Assembly: GCA_020722645.1 (NCBI GenBank)
Contig: DYKL01000001.1
Coordinates: 1-50,723, forward strand
Direction: 5' to 3'
Source: Acetofilamentum sp.
Lineage (GTDB): Bacteria; Bacteroidota; Bacteroidia; Bacteroidales; JAFGUD01
Length of the DNA: 50,723 nucleotides
Positions within the stretch are counted from its first letter, which is position 1; every line of letters starts with the position of its first letter. Under the pieces are notes generated by a model. It saw only the letters and a list, made by a program, of their open reading frames with translations. It was not told the origin of the DNA and did no database searches. Below are positions 9,791 to 19,286 of the stretch, piece after piece. The position numbers were made by a program, and so were the translations under genes.

Positions 9791-9827
9791 AAAAAAAACC
9801 GAAATTTAAAAAAATTTCGGTTTTTTT
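9791..9827. terminator. Bidirectional rho-independent terminator
   Basis: A8-ccgaaattt-aaaa-aaatttcgg-T7, between the fabH 3' end and the accB promoter. Confidence 0.7.
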
Positions 9828-9960
9828 AATATTTAAAAATTATTTATGAGTTCGGTCTAAAAAGTATAAATATTTTAGTTTAGCAAACATAAATAGCTGA
9901 TTATCAATATTATAATAATTTTCTAAGGAATAACATAATTTTCTGATAATCAATGCATTA

Positions 9961-9993
9961 ACTTTATAAACTTTCAACTTTATGAACTTTATA
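9961..9993. repeat. Short tandem AACTTT(A/C)-type repeat block
   Basis: aacttt at 9961, 9970, 9977 and 9986. Positions 9961-9980 are an exact 20-nt reverse-complement match to 36263-36282. Confidence 0.75.
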
Positions 9994-10005
9994 GACTAAA
10001 CTCAT

Positions 10006-11004
10006 TTATTTACCATCATAAGCCCATTTAACATAAACACTTCCCCAAGAAAAACCGGCACCAAATGCAGACAATATAAGATTGTTGCCTTTTCGCAGAT
10101 AACTTTCATAATCAGAAAGGCACAAAGGAATTGTAGCGGCAGTAGTGTTACCGTATTTTTCAATATTTATCATAACTTTTTCTCTTTCAATGTCCATTCT
10201 TTTTGCAGTAGCTTCAATAATCCTAATATTAGCCTGATGTGGTACCAGCCAAGTAATATCTTTGCTGGTCATTCCGTTCTTTTTCATAATTTCAACGCTA
10301 ATATCAGCCATTCTGGTAACGGCAAATTTGAATACGGCTTGTCCTTCCTGATAAATAAAATGTTCTTTATTGTCAATTGATTGATGAGTAGGAGGTTTTA
10401 AAGATCCTCCGGCTTTTTGATGTAAATGTTTAAAACCGTATCCATCGTTACGAAGAATAGAATCCAAAACACCATAATTTTCGGTAGTAGGTTCAAGTAA
10501 TACAGCCGCAGCAGCATCACCAAAAATAGGAGAAATAGATCTGTCGGTATAATCTACCAGAGAAGACATTTTTTCAGCACCAACTACAATAGCCTTTTTA
10601 ACACTTCCGGTTTGAATATATTTTGATGCAGTTGTTAGAGCGAATAAAAAACCTGAACAAGCGGCATTGGAATCAAAGCTAAAAGAATTTACAAGCCCAG
10701 CCTCGTATGCAATTAAATTGGAAGAAGCCGGAAAAATATAATCAGGGGTAACTGATGCCAAAATTAATAAATCAATCTCCTCCGGTTTTGTATTAGTTTT
10801 TTCAAGTAAATTTTTAACAGCTTGTGTACCCATAAATACTGTAGATTTATTAGGGTCTTTCATAATTCGTCTTTCTTTGATACCTATTCTGGTCATTATC
10901 CACTCATCAGAAGTATCTACCATTTTTGAAAGTTCATCATTTGTCAAAATATAATCAGGTAAATATTTACCTACACCAGTAATAACAGCATTCAACTTTT
11001 CCAT
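10006..11004 (-). CDS. fabH: Beta-ketoacyl-ACP synthase III
   Basis: 332 aa. Active-site AACSGF, HQAN and GNTTAATIP motifs. Confidence 0.95.
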   Translation of the reverse strand: MEKLNAVITGVGKYLPDYILTNDELSKMVDTSDEWIMTRIGIKERRIMKDPNKSTVFMGTQAVKNLLEKTNTKPEEIDLLILASVTPDYIFPASSNLIAYEAGLVNSFSFDSNAACSGFLFALTTASKYIQTGSVKKAIVVGAEKMSSLVDYTDRSISPIFGDAAAAVLLEPTTENYGVLDSILRNDGYGFKHLHQKAGGSLKPPTHQSIDNKEHFIYQEGQAVFKFAVTRMADISVEIMKKNGMTSKDITWLVPHQANIRIIEATAKRMDIEREKVMINIEKYGNTTAATIPLCLSDYESYLRKGNNLILSAFGAGFSWGSVYVKWAYDGK

Positions 11005-11042
11005 AATCCATATTTAATATAAAAAAATAGAAGAAGAAAACA

Positions 11043-11240
11043 TTAGTTTTCTTCTTTTAAGATATTATCTTTACTAATTGCCAACTGTCCTTTATAAAAC
11101 CCGCAAGAGGGGCATACTGTATGAGTTTCGTGAGCTGTACCACAATTTGAACAAGTAGTAAGCTGAGGCAGAGTAGCTTTTAAATGTGTTCTACGTTTGT
11201 CTCTTCTGGTTTTCGATGTTTTTCTTTTTGGATGTGCCAT
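11043..11240 (-). CDS. rpmF: 50S ribosomal protein L32
   Basis: 65 aa. MAHPKRKTSKTRRDKRR start and a CxxC..CxxC zinc ribbon. Confidence 0.95.
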   Translation of the reverse strand: MAHPKRKTSKTRRDKRRTHLKATLPQLTTCSNCGTAHETHTVCPSCGFYKGQLAISKDNILKEEN

Positions 11241-11257
11241 TTTTCCTAAATTTATAT

Positions 11258-11782
11258 TTAATTAAGTAATTTTTTTATTTCGTCCCATTTAGGGTCATCA
11301 TTTAATTTCTGTTTTGGTTTGTATTCTTCAAGTTTTTTCAATATTTCAGGATTACAAGTTCTATTTCCGTTTTTGTCTAACGGGTGAACTTTTTTTATAG
11401 GCAAACTTAAAACAATAAAATCATAAAAATGTTTGTCTAAATCAATAAAATCCTGCGATTTTGGCAAAGTAATTTTATTGTCACCTTCAAAAAATTCCTC
11501 ATCACCTTCTAATCTATCGCTAAATCTAATAAACAAATCTTCTTTTGAATCTATTTTGTACAAAAAATATTCTAAACAAATATCGCATTGAACTTCAACT
11601 TCTCCGGTAATAATAAAATTAAAACTTACAGAACTAACTTGATAATCTATGTTACATTCAATATTTATATTTCCTTTGGATAATTCAGTATATTCAAATT
11701 TTTTAAAAAAATCATCTCCGATTAGAAAATTTAATCTATTAACGCCCAAATTTAATTGTTTAAAACTAACTCTGTAACCCAT
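11258..11782 (-). CDS. yceD: YceD/DUF177 family protein
   Basis: 174 aa, in the conserved position upstream of rpmF. Contains a CDICLE motif. Confidence 0.82.
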   Translation of the reverse strand: MGYRVSFKQLNLGVNRLNFLIGDDFFKKFEYTELSKGNINIECNIDYQVSSVSFNFIITGEVEVQCDICLEYFLYKIDSKEDLFIRFSDRLEGDEEFFEGDNKITLPKSQDFIDLDKHFYDFIVLSLPIKKVHPLDKNGNRTCNPEILKKLEEYKPKQKLNDDPKWDEIKKLLN

Positions 11783-11836
11783 AAAACGCTAAATATCAAC
11801 CATTTGTAAATTATATTAACAAATCAAAATTGTTTG

Positions 11837-11844
11837 CAAAAATA
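11837..11844 (-). promoter_or_regulatory. Candidate -7 box (TATTTTTG on minus strand) for the yceD-rpmF-fabH operon
   Basis: Plus-strand caaaaata, 55 nt upstream of the ATG at 11782. Confidence 0.35.
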
Positions 11845-12013
11845 ATCATTTACATTAATAAACAAAAAATATACTTTGTTTTTTTAAATAAAAATGATTT
11901 ATACTCTGTATTTTCAGAGCAAACATAAAAAAAATTTTTTTCAGTTAAAAATGTTCATTATTTTTGTTTATAAAATTTTGACGAAAAAAATTATCATTTA
12001 ACAAAAATAGCAT

Positions 12014-12021
12014 TATTTTTG
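12014..12021 (+). promoter_or_regulatory. Candidate -7 box (TATTTTTG)
   Basis: 32 nt upstream of the ATG at 12053. Confidence 0.4.
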
Positions 12022-12052
12022 ATAATTAATTTTAAACTTAAATTTTAACAAT

Positions 12053-12937
12053 ATGAAAAAAATTTTGATTTTATTTATTTTGGTTCCATTATTATGGATG
12101 GTTAGTTGTAAAAATGAAGATGAAAACAACAATAACCAAAACACAACACAAAACACAGAAGAACAAGAAATTCAAACATTCTTTTTAGTCCCATCTCCTG
12201 AAGATGTTTTTGGTTTTGCAGATGATGAATCTCTTACATTTGACAAAAATTTGTTAAACCCAACCGAAAATATCAGTAAATATCATAATGATATCAAATT
12301 ACAGGAATTTAACTTTGGGGTATATGCAGCAGACTTGGCATATTGTGCCGCTTTTGTAAAAAAAGATGAAACAAGCCAATATTTAAATGTTGTAAGAGAA
12401 TTAAGTCAAAACATCGGTTTAGCCGATATTTTTAACGAAAGTTTAATATATCGGATTGAACATCTAACACCGGAAAAAGATTCATTAATTGCAATTTCAA
12501 GCGATACTTATTTTGATATAATAAGGTATCTTGACAGAAACGATAAAACTACAACACTTGCAATTATGGCAGCTGGAGGATGGATTGAGTGTATGTATTT
12601 AGTGGTTAATCTTACAGAATTTGCAGAAGGTGACGAAACAATTCAAAAAGTAGCAGATCAAAAAATGGTTGTTACAAATTTGTGGAGATTTCTTGAACAA
12701 AATCAAGAAAACGCATCAGTAAAAACTTTAATGGAAGATTTCAAAAAAGTTTACGACTTATACAATCAGTTAGAAATTATTTTAGATGAAGCTAATTCGC
12801 CAAAATCAGACAACAATGAAATCATAGTTGTCGGCGGAAACAGTAAAATTGTTATTAATGAATCACAATATTACGAGTTGAAAAAAGTTATTATTGAGAT
12901 GCGTAATAAATTAACCCAAAATAACGTTACTTTATAA
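12053..12937 (+). CDS. Lipoprotein, unknown function (predicted helical)
   Basis: 294 aa. Signal peptide plus lipobox (WMVSC) and an Asn/Gln-rich linker. No motif I recognise. Confidence 0.7.
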   Translation: MKKILILFILVPLLWMVSCKNEDENNNNQNTTQNTEEQEIQTFFLVPSPEDVFGFADDESLTFDKNLLNPTENISKYHNDIKLQEFNFGVYAADLAYCAAFVKKDETSQYLNVVRELSQNIGLADIFNESLIYRIEHLTPEKDSLIAISSDTYFDIIRYLDRNDKTTTLAIMAAGGWIECMYLVVNLTEFAEGDETIQKVADQKMVVTNLWRFLEQNQENASVKTLMEDFKKVYDLYNQLEIILDEANSPKSDNNEIIVVGGNSKIVINESQYYELKKVIIEMRNKLTQNNVTL

Positions 12938-12951
12938 AAATGTAAAGAATT

Positions 12952-13458
12952 ATGAAAAAGGCTAAAAATTTAATCGTTTTATTGCTGATTTTACCTATAT
13001 TGTCAGCAGCTCAAATGGATTGTTCATCAACTTTAGCAAACCTTGAAGTAGAGCCTCCTTTTAATATGAATTCACTTTCAAAAAGTGCAGTTTGTGTTTC
13101 AGGACACTCATACGAATTTGTTGTTCCTTTAACAAAAGGTTATCATTACAGATTTGTATTTTATGCAAGTTCTGTATTTAATAATGATATTCATTTTAAG
13201 ATGGTGGACTTGAATACAAACAAAGAAATTATTAATCTACCGGGGAAAAGTGACACTAATGCAAGAGGAACTGCTGTATTAGCATCATATTTTGATGAAA
13301 AAACCTATAAAGAAATTCACCCTTTTTTTGATGTTTTACCATCTTCTGCAACAAGTATAAAAATTGTAATTGATGTGCAGGAAAAACCGGATTTAATTAA
13401 AGGTTGTGTAACGGTTGTAATTTTAGACAAAGAATTTGAAGTTGGTGATTTCAATTAA
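12952..13458 (+). CDS. Secreted protein, unknown function
   Basis: 168 aa. Signal peptide (LSAAQ). Starts 14 nt after the preceding lipoprotein gene. Confidence 0.7.
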   Translation: MKKAKNLIVLLLILPILSAAQMDCSSTLANLEVEPPFNMNSLSKSAVCVSGHSYEFVVPLTKGYHYRFVFYASSVFNNDIHFKMVDLNTNKEIINLPGKSDTNARGTAVLASYFDEKTYKEIHPFFDVLPSSATSIKIVIDVQEKPDLIKGCVTVVILDKEFEVGDFN

Positions 13459-13464
13459 AAACAT

Positions 13465-13506
13465 AAAAAACTGTATTAAGGCGAAAGTTTTAATACAGTT
13501 TTTTTT
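13465..13506. terminator. Bidirectional rho-independent terminator between convergent genes
   Basis: A6-ctgtattaa-ggcgaaagtt-ttaatacag-T8. Confidence 0.7.
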
Positions 13507-14245
13507 ATCTTTTCCAAAACTGGGATATTTTAAAAAAATTTTTCTTAAAAAGAGTAAACACTCCTCCAACATTATTCCTTTTAATAATTCTATAATCTTC
13601 CGTTGATTTTATCAAAATATTCATAATTTTATTGTTACTGACACCACCTACACGCATTTTAATCAGCACTTCAGGGATATATAACAACTTGACACTATTA
13701 GTCAAAAATCTTAAAATTAAATCATAATCGGCAGAAATTTTATATTCAGTATTAAAATATTTATATTTATCGAATATTTCTTTTTTTACATAGAAAGTAG
13801 GATGTGGAGGCATCCAACCACTTCGTAATTTTTTATTATTATAAAAACCTGACTTCCATCTTCTTATAATTTGCTGAGGGTTAGAAAATGAAACATAATC
13901 CAAATCACTGTATGTTGCATCACAACTTGAATTTTCAAAAGTTTCAGCAATTTTTTCAACAACATTTTCATCAGAAAAAAAATCATCTGAATGCAAAAAT
14001 CCTATAACATCACCTGTAGATTCTCTGATTCCTTTATTTAATGCGAAATAAATACCATCATCTTGTTCGGAAACAATTTTTGAGATGTGATCAAATTTTT
14101 TTACAATTGACAAAGTATTGTCAGTTGAACCACCATCTATAATAATATGCTCTAAGTTTTTATAAGTTTGTGATTTAACCGATAAAAGAGTATCTTCAAT
14201 AGTTTCCTGATTATTAAAACAAGCAGTAATAATAGAAATCTTCAT
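13505..14245 (-). CDS. Family 2 glycosyltransferase
   Basis: 246 aa. MKISIITACFNNQETIEDTLLSVKSQTY..IIIDGGSTDNT, then a DD motif (HSDDFF). Confidence 0.85.
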   Translation of the reverse strand: MKISIITACFNNQETIEDTLLSVKSQTYKNLEHIIIDGGSTDNTLSIVKKFDHISKIVSEQDDGIYFALNKGIRESTGDVIGFLHSDDFFSDENVVEKIAETFENSSCDATYSDLDYVSFSNPQQIIRRWKSGFYNNKKLRSGWMPPHPTFYVKKEIFDKYKYFNTEYKISADYDLILRFLTNSVKLLYIPEVLIKMRVGGVSNNKIMNILIKSTEDYRIIKRNNVGGVFTLFKKNFFKISQFWKR

Positions 14246-14252
14246 CTAAAAA

Positions 14253-14603
14253 CTATATCAATTTATTTGTAGCAGTATCCGGAAAAACAACGGCAGGTTG
14301 AAAAACTTTTGCTTCATCGGGCGTCATTATAGCATAAGAAATAATTATAACGATGTCTCCAACCTGAGCTTTTCTGGCAGCAGGTCCGTTTAGACAAATT
14401 TCTCCGCTTCCTCTTTCACCTTTTATAACATAAGTAATTAGTCTTTCTCCATTGTTTAAATTAACAACGTGCACTTTTTCTCCTTCTATTAAATTGGCGG
14501 CTTGCATTAAATCTTCGTCAATTGTAATACTACCAATATACTGTAAATTTGCATCGGTTACAGTAACCTTGTGTATTTTCGATTTTAAAATTTCAATAAA
14601 CAT
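14253..14603 (-). CDS. panD: Aspartate 1-decarboxylase
   Basis: [16 protein letters not shown] start and the YIGSITID self-cleavage site. The TTG at 14621 listed in the ORF track lies inside the promoter box. Confidence 0.93.
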   Translation of the reverse strand: MFIEILKSKIHKVTVTDANLQYIGSITIDEDLMQAANLIEGEKVHVVNLNNGERLITYVIKGERGSGEICLNGPAARKAQVGDIVIIISYAIMTPDEAKVFQPAVVFPDTATNKLI

Positions 14604-14618
14604 CTTCTTATTTTTATG

Positions 14619-14626
14619 CAAAATTA
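14619..14626 (-). promoter_or_regulatory. Candidate -7 box (TAATTTTG on minus strand) for panD
   Basis: Plus-strand caaaatta, 16 nt upstream of the ATG at 14603. Confidence 0.45.
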
Positions 14627-14674
14627 CAATGAAAAAAATTAAAGGGACAAATTATTTAATTCTAATTATTCAAT

Positions 14675-14803
14675 AATTCGTTAATTTTTCAATTAGCAAA
14701 TTAGCAAATTATTGATTTTCAATCAACTACTAATTTGTTACACATACAAAATCAATTTGCTGAATATTAACGAATTACTTTAAAATATACCGAACTATTG
14801 ATT
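14675..14803 (+). repeat. MITE-like intergenic repeat, copy 1
   Basis: 11-bp perfect terminal inverted repeat aattcgttaat ... attaacgaatt, with an imperfect extension. Shares 26-nt and 20-nt exact blocks with copy 3 at 44.1 kb. Confidence 0.75.
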
Positions 14804-14829
14804 ATTGAAATAGTATATAATTTCAAAAC

Positions 14830-14856
14830 ACAAATTATTGTATTATAATAATTTGT
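14830..14856 (-). terminator. Weak AT-rich hairpin, possible panC terminator
   Basis: acaaattatt-gtattat-aataatttgt. On the minus strand it is followed by gtttt. Confidence 0.3.
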
Positions 14857-14905
14857 ATTACATAATCTAAATATAAAATTTCTAATAATTGACAAAGATT
14901 ATTTT

Positions 14906-15754
14906 TCAATTATAAAAAACATTATCAATCAAACGAACAGAGCCACAAAAAACAGCTATGCAGCCGATTGCTTTCTCTGATGTATTTGTATTGTCTATTG
15001 GCATTAAATTTTCAGAATTTACTATTTCAAAATATTCAACTTTTAAAAATTCGGATGAATTAATTTTATTAATAACATTTTCTCTTAGTTGCTCAATGTT
15101 AGATGAACGGTAATCTTTTACGGATTCAAATAGAGTATTGAAAATTAAACCTGCATTTTGTCTGTTTTCTTTGCTTAATAATTCATTTCTTGAACTCATA
15201 GCCAAACCGTTTTCTTCCCTTTTAATAGGACAACCTATAATTTCAATGTTAAGATTTTTCAGATACTTTTCAACAAGTTTTTTTACAATTAAATATTGCT
15301 GGTAATCTTTTAACCCGAAAAAAGATTTGTCAGGTCTGACAATTTCAAACAATTTACTGACAATTTGAGCAACACCATTAAAATGACCTTTTCTGTATTT
15401 ACCTTCCATAACTTTATCGAGATTGTCAAAATCAAAGACACGATTGTCAGGTTCAGGATACATTTCTATGACATCAGGCAGAAAAAGAAAATCTGTGTTT
15501 ATGCTTTCAAGTTTAGTTATGTCTGTATCAACTGTTCTTGGATATTTTATCAAATCATCGGGATTATTAAATTGTGTCGGGTTAACAAAAATGCTTACAA
15601 AGGTTACATCTGTCTGTTTTTTTGATTCCTGAACTAATGACAGATGACCTGAATGTAAAGCTCCCATTGTTGGTACAAATCCGATTTTTTTGCCTGAATT
15701 TTTCAGATTTTCAACTTTTTTTATAACTTCGTTTTTTGTTTTAAAAATTTCCAT
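14906..15754 (-). CDS. panC: Pantoate--beta-alanine ligase
   Basis: 282 aa. PTMGALHSGHLSL motif. Confidence 0.95.
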   Translation of the reverse strand: MEIFKTKNEVIKKVENLKNSGKKIGFVPTMGALHSGHLSLVQESKKQTDVTFVSIFVNPTQFNNPDDLIKYPRTVDTDITKLESINTDFLFLPDVIEMYPEPDNRVFDFDNLDKVMEGKYRKGHFNGVAQIVSKLFEIVRPDKSFFGLKDYQQYLIVKKLVEKYLKNLNIEIIGCPIKREENGLAMSSRNELLSKENRQNAGLIFNTLFESVKDYRSSNIEQLRENVINKINSSEFLKVEYFEIVNSENLMPIDNTNTSEKAIGCIAVFCGSVRLIDNVFYN

Positions 15755-15783
15755 AATTCTTTTTTTATTCAGACAAAACTATA

Positions 15784-16389
15784 ATGAATATTGTTACTCC
15801 ACCGAAAATTTTGAAAAAATTATTCAAAAAAGTTATTTGGAATATTGAAAACGAAGAAAATAAAATATTTTTAACTTTCGACGACTGTAGTGATTACGAT
15901 GTTTCTATATGGATTTTAGAAGTTTTGAAAACCTATAATATCAAAGCTACGTTTTTTTGTGTTGGAAAGTATGTCGAAAAAAATAATTTAATCAAACAGA
16001 TTTTAATTAACGGACATACTATTGGAAATCATACTTATAGTCATTTAGACGGTTTTAAATACTCTTTGAAAAGCTATTTAAAGGATATTCAAAAATGTAA
16101 TGAAATAGTTAAAAGTAAATATTTTAGACCACCTTACGGTAAAATAACTTTAAATAAAATAAATAAAATTTCTGAAAACTATAAAATTGTGATGTGGGAT
16201 TTAATTAGTTTTGATTTTGATACAGATACTTCACCCGACAAATGTTTCGAGAATGTAAAAAACAATGCTAAATCAGGCTCGATAGTGGTATTTCACGCAT
16301 CAAAAAAAGCAGAAAAAAACCTGAAATTTGCTTTGATAAAAACAATTGAATTCTTTTTAATTAAAGGTTTTACATTCGATAAGTTATAA
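15784..16389 (+). CDS. Polysaccharide deacetylase (NodB homology domain)
   Basis: 201 aa. FLTFDDC, TFFCVG, GHTIGNHTYSH motifs. Confidence 0.82.
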   Translation: MNIVTPPKILKKLFKKVIWNIENEENKIFLTFDDCSDYDVSIWILEVLKTYNIKATFFCVGKYVEKNNLIKQILINGHTIGNHTYSHLDGFKYSLKSYLKDIQKCNEIVKSKYFRPPYGKITLNKINKISENYKIVMWDLISFDFDTDTSPDKCFENVKNNAKSGSIVVFHASKKAEKNLKFALIKTIEFFLIKGFTFDKL

Positions 16390-16983
16390 AGAATCAATAA
16401 ATTTTTCTAATTCCGCATACAATTTCTGAACAGGTAAACCGACAACATTAAAGTACGAACCTTCTATTTTTTCAACTGCAATATAACCTATCCATTCCTG
16501 TATTCCATAAGCACCCGCTTTGTCAAAAGGTTTGTAGTTATCAACATAATACTCTATTTCATTCATTGATAATCTTTTAAACCAAACGTCTGTAATACAA
16601 CAAAAAGAGTGTCTTTTTTTATTATTTGAAATGGTTATTCCTGTAATAACAGAATGCTTTTTTGACGAAAGTTTGTTTAACATATCAATAGCTTCTTCTC
16701 TGTCTTTTGGCTTTCCAAGAACTTTATTATCCACCCATACTATTGTATCGGCAGTTATCAGAATTCTATCGGGTGTTTCCAAAACATCTTTATAAACATC
16801 AGCTTTTTTATCAGACAAGTACAATGCGATTTCTTCTCTGTTAAGTGCCGTTGAAAAAGTTTCATCAACATAGGCTTTAGCAGTAATTAAAAAATCAATG
16901 TCCAATTTTTTTAATAATTCTAACCTTCTGGTTGATTGGGAAGCAAGATATAGATTGTAATTTTTTAATTTTTCTAATAACAT
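16384..16983 (-). CDS. maf: Maf-family nucleoside triphosphate pyrophosphatase
   Basis: LASQSTRRLELL, ADTIV and AGAYGIQ motifs. The ATG at 16983 is preferred over 17013. Confidence 0.88.
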   Translation of the reverse strand: MLLEKLKNYNLYLASQSTRRLELLKKLDIDFLITAKAYVDETFSTALNREEIALYLSDKKADVYKDVLETPDRILITADTIVWVDNKVLGKPKDREEAIDMLNKLSSKKHSVITGITISNNKKRHSFCCITDVWFKRLSMNEIEYYVDNYKPFDKAGAYGIQEWIGYIAVEKIEGSYFNVVGLPVQKLYAELEKFIDSL

Positions 16984-16987
16984 AATA

Positions 16988-18634
16988 TTAAAATTTTCCA
17001 AAAAATAAGTCAATGTTGAAATACATTAATTTTTTATTATCTGATTCAATATATGTTAAAACATCGTAGTTGTTTTTCTTAGATGATTCTAATGCTTGAC
17101 CTGCAAATTGCAATTCCATATACCTTAAAATAAGATATTCATCAGTAACAGAACTGACAATAAAAGCAGTTTCTTTTGAATCTCCATATCCTGTAGCAAT
17201 TACAGATTGTAAAAAGCCGTAATAAACTGTCAGGTATTTAAGACTTAGTGTATAATCCTTTAACATAAAATACGAATTTGCAAGATAATAATATGTGCTG
17301 ATAGATGAAGGGTGAGATTGCAAAAAATCTAATGCAACACTTATGCACAATTCATAGTCTTCGTCTTCAAAAGCTTTGCTAACTGCCGGGCTTGTGTTAG
17401 TATAACCGGAATAACCATCTTGCAATGCAGCTCCAAAATAAAGCATAAAAAACTCATCTAAAGACAATGAAGTCGGGTCAAAAATAAATTTAGCCTGAAG
17501 TTTGTTATAATAATATTTATGATTTTTATCGTTAGCCCATTTACTCATTTTGGACATATTATTCTGATTTAGTTCAACGAATTTTTCATTTACGTCAAAA
17601 ACATTCGAATCTGTATTTAATAAAATTCGGCTGTTGCAGGCATAATAAAAATATTCAACATCTTCAGGATTAAGTTCAATAGCGGCATAAAACGCAATCA
17701 AAGCATTGTTATAATCGCGGTTGTAAAAATGGATATATCCTTCAATATAATAAAACAAATCATTATTTGCATCAAATTTACGGGCTTTTTTAATATATGC
17801 GAATGTGCTATCATTATTATTAGTATAAAAAAACGCAAGTATTGTATAATAGTAAAAGTCAGCATCATAACCCTGTTTTGTTAAAGGGAGTGTAATTCTA
17901 AGGACGTCATTATATTGTTCCAATGCTGCATATATCTGAATTTTTGCCAACTGATATGATTTTTCATCAGGATTTAGCTCTATTGCTTTATCAATTTCAA
18001 ACAAGGCATCTGTGTATCTTTCAGCATAATAATAAATTTCAGCTTTTAATTTATAATAATCAGCCTCCTGTTTATATTTAAGTGCAAGATTGACAAATTT
18101 AATTGCAGAATCAGTCATATATACCGATGAGTAAACGTATGATTTGTAATAATATGCGGTCGGATTATTTGGCTCAATTCTTAAAGCTTCGTCAAAAAGC
18201 TGCAGTGCAGTATCCAACGATTGATAATACATATAAGTTATACCTTCGTAAATGGGATACATTGCTGTATCCGGCTTGAACTTTCTTGCCAATTTAATAA
18301 GACTTAAAGAAGTATCTATTTGTTCATCTATGAAATAAATATTTGAAAGTGTTGCATAAGCTTTTGAATAAGTTGAATCGAGACTTATCGTTTTGTAAAG
18401 ATAAAACTTTGCAGAATCTGACATATTCAAATCAACATAACACTCTGATATTTTGTAGTAAATATCTTCCTTTTTCTCGCTTTGATTTAATATTGATTTG
18501 TAAACAGTAATTGCCTGATTATATTTTTGTAAATTAATCAAACTATCTGCTTCTGCCAAGTAACTTGAAATGTTTTGCGAGTTCAAATTACTGAAAATCA
18601 GAAAAGACAATAATGTAAAGAAAAATTTTTTCAT
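16988..18634 (-). CDS. TPR-repeat protein, secreted
   Basis: 548 aa. Signal peptide and many 34-aa TPR-like repeats (A..Y....I..P.N..AYY). Confidence 0.78.
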   Translation of the reverse strand: MKKFFFTLLSFLIFSNLNSQNISSYLAEADSLINLQKYNQAITVYKSILNQSEKKEDIYYKISECYVDLNMSDSAKFYLYKTISLDSTYSKAYATLSNIYFIDEQIDTSLSLIKLARKFKPDTAMYPIYEGITYMYYQSLDTALQLFDEALRIEPNNPTAYYYKSYVYSSVYMTDSAIKFVNLALKYKQEADYYKLKAEIYYYAERYTDALFEIDKAIELNPDEKSYQLAKIQIYAALEQYNDVLRITLPLTKQGYDADFYYYTILAFFYTNNNDSTFAYIKKARKFDANNDLFYYIEGYIHFYNRDYNNALIAFYAAIELNPEDVEYFYYACNSRILLNTDSNVFDVNEKFVELNQNNMSKMSKWANDKNHKYYYNKLQAKFIFDPTSLSLDEFFMLYFGAALQDGYSGYTNTSPAVSKAFEDEDYELCISVALDFLQSHPSSISTYYYLANSYFMLKDYTLSLKYLTVYYGFLQSVIATGYGDSKETAFIVSSVTDEYLILRYMELQFAGQALESSKKNNYDVLTYIESDNKKLMYFNIDLFFGKF

Positions 18635-18660
18635 AATAATGTTTTTTTAATATCGACAAA

Positions 18661-19230
18661 CTATATTTCTGATAATATTTTTTCTATGCACAAAGGATAA
18701 TAATGATATTCTAACTTATGAATCTTTTGTGCCAGATGAATATATGAATCTTCGGGGCTTATAGAACATTTTGTCTGAAAAATTATTTTACCGGAATCAT
18801 ATTCATTATTAACAAAATGAATTGTAATTCCGCTTTCGTTTTCTTTGTTTTTTATTACAGTTTTATGAACGTTATCACCGTACATTCCTTTTCCTCCATA
18901 TTTAGGCAATAAAGCAGGATGAATATTTACAATTTTATTCCGATATTTAGTAATAATTTTCTCCGGCAAAAGCCATAAAAAACCAGCCAAAACAACAAAA
19001 TATATATTATTTTCCTGTAATACGCTCAAAACATTGTCTGTATTATATAAATCGTCTCTGTCAAAAATTATGCTCTTTACACCTAATTTTTTCGCCCTCT
19101 GTATAACATAAGCATCATTTTTATTTGTCAAAACCAATTCAACAGCATCTGAAGGATGGTTGGCAAAATACCTAATAATATTTTCGGCATTTGTTCCTGA
19201 ACCGGAAGCAAAAATGGCGATTTTTTTCAT
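18661..19230 (-). CDS. purN: Phosphoribosylglycinamide formyltransferase
   Basis: 189 aa. IAIFASGSGTN start and the NIHPALLPKYGG motif. Confidence 0.93.
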   Translation of the reverse strand: MKKIAIFASGSGTNAENIIRYFANHPSDAVELVLTNKNDAYVIQRAKKLGVKSIIFDRDDLYNTDNVLSVLQENNIYFVVLAGFLWLLPEKIITKYRNKIVNIHPALLPKYGGKGMYGDNVHKTVIKNKENESGITIHFVNNEYDSGKIIFQTKCSISPEDSYIHLAQKIHKLEYHYYPLCIEKILSEI

Positions 19231-19286
19231 TTATCGGTTTTTGAAATTTTTTGCTAATTTGCAAAAAAAATCAGTAAAAAAAAAAA

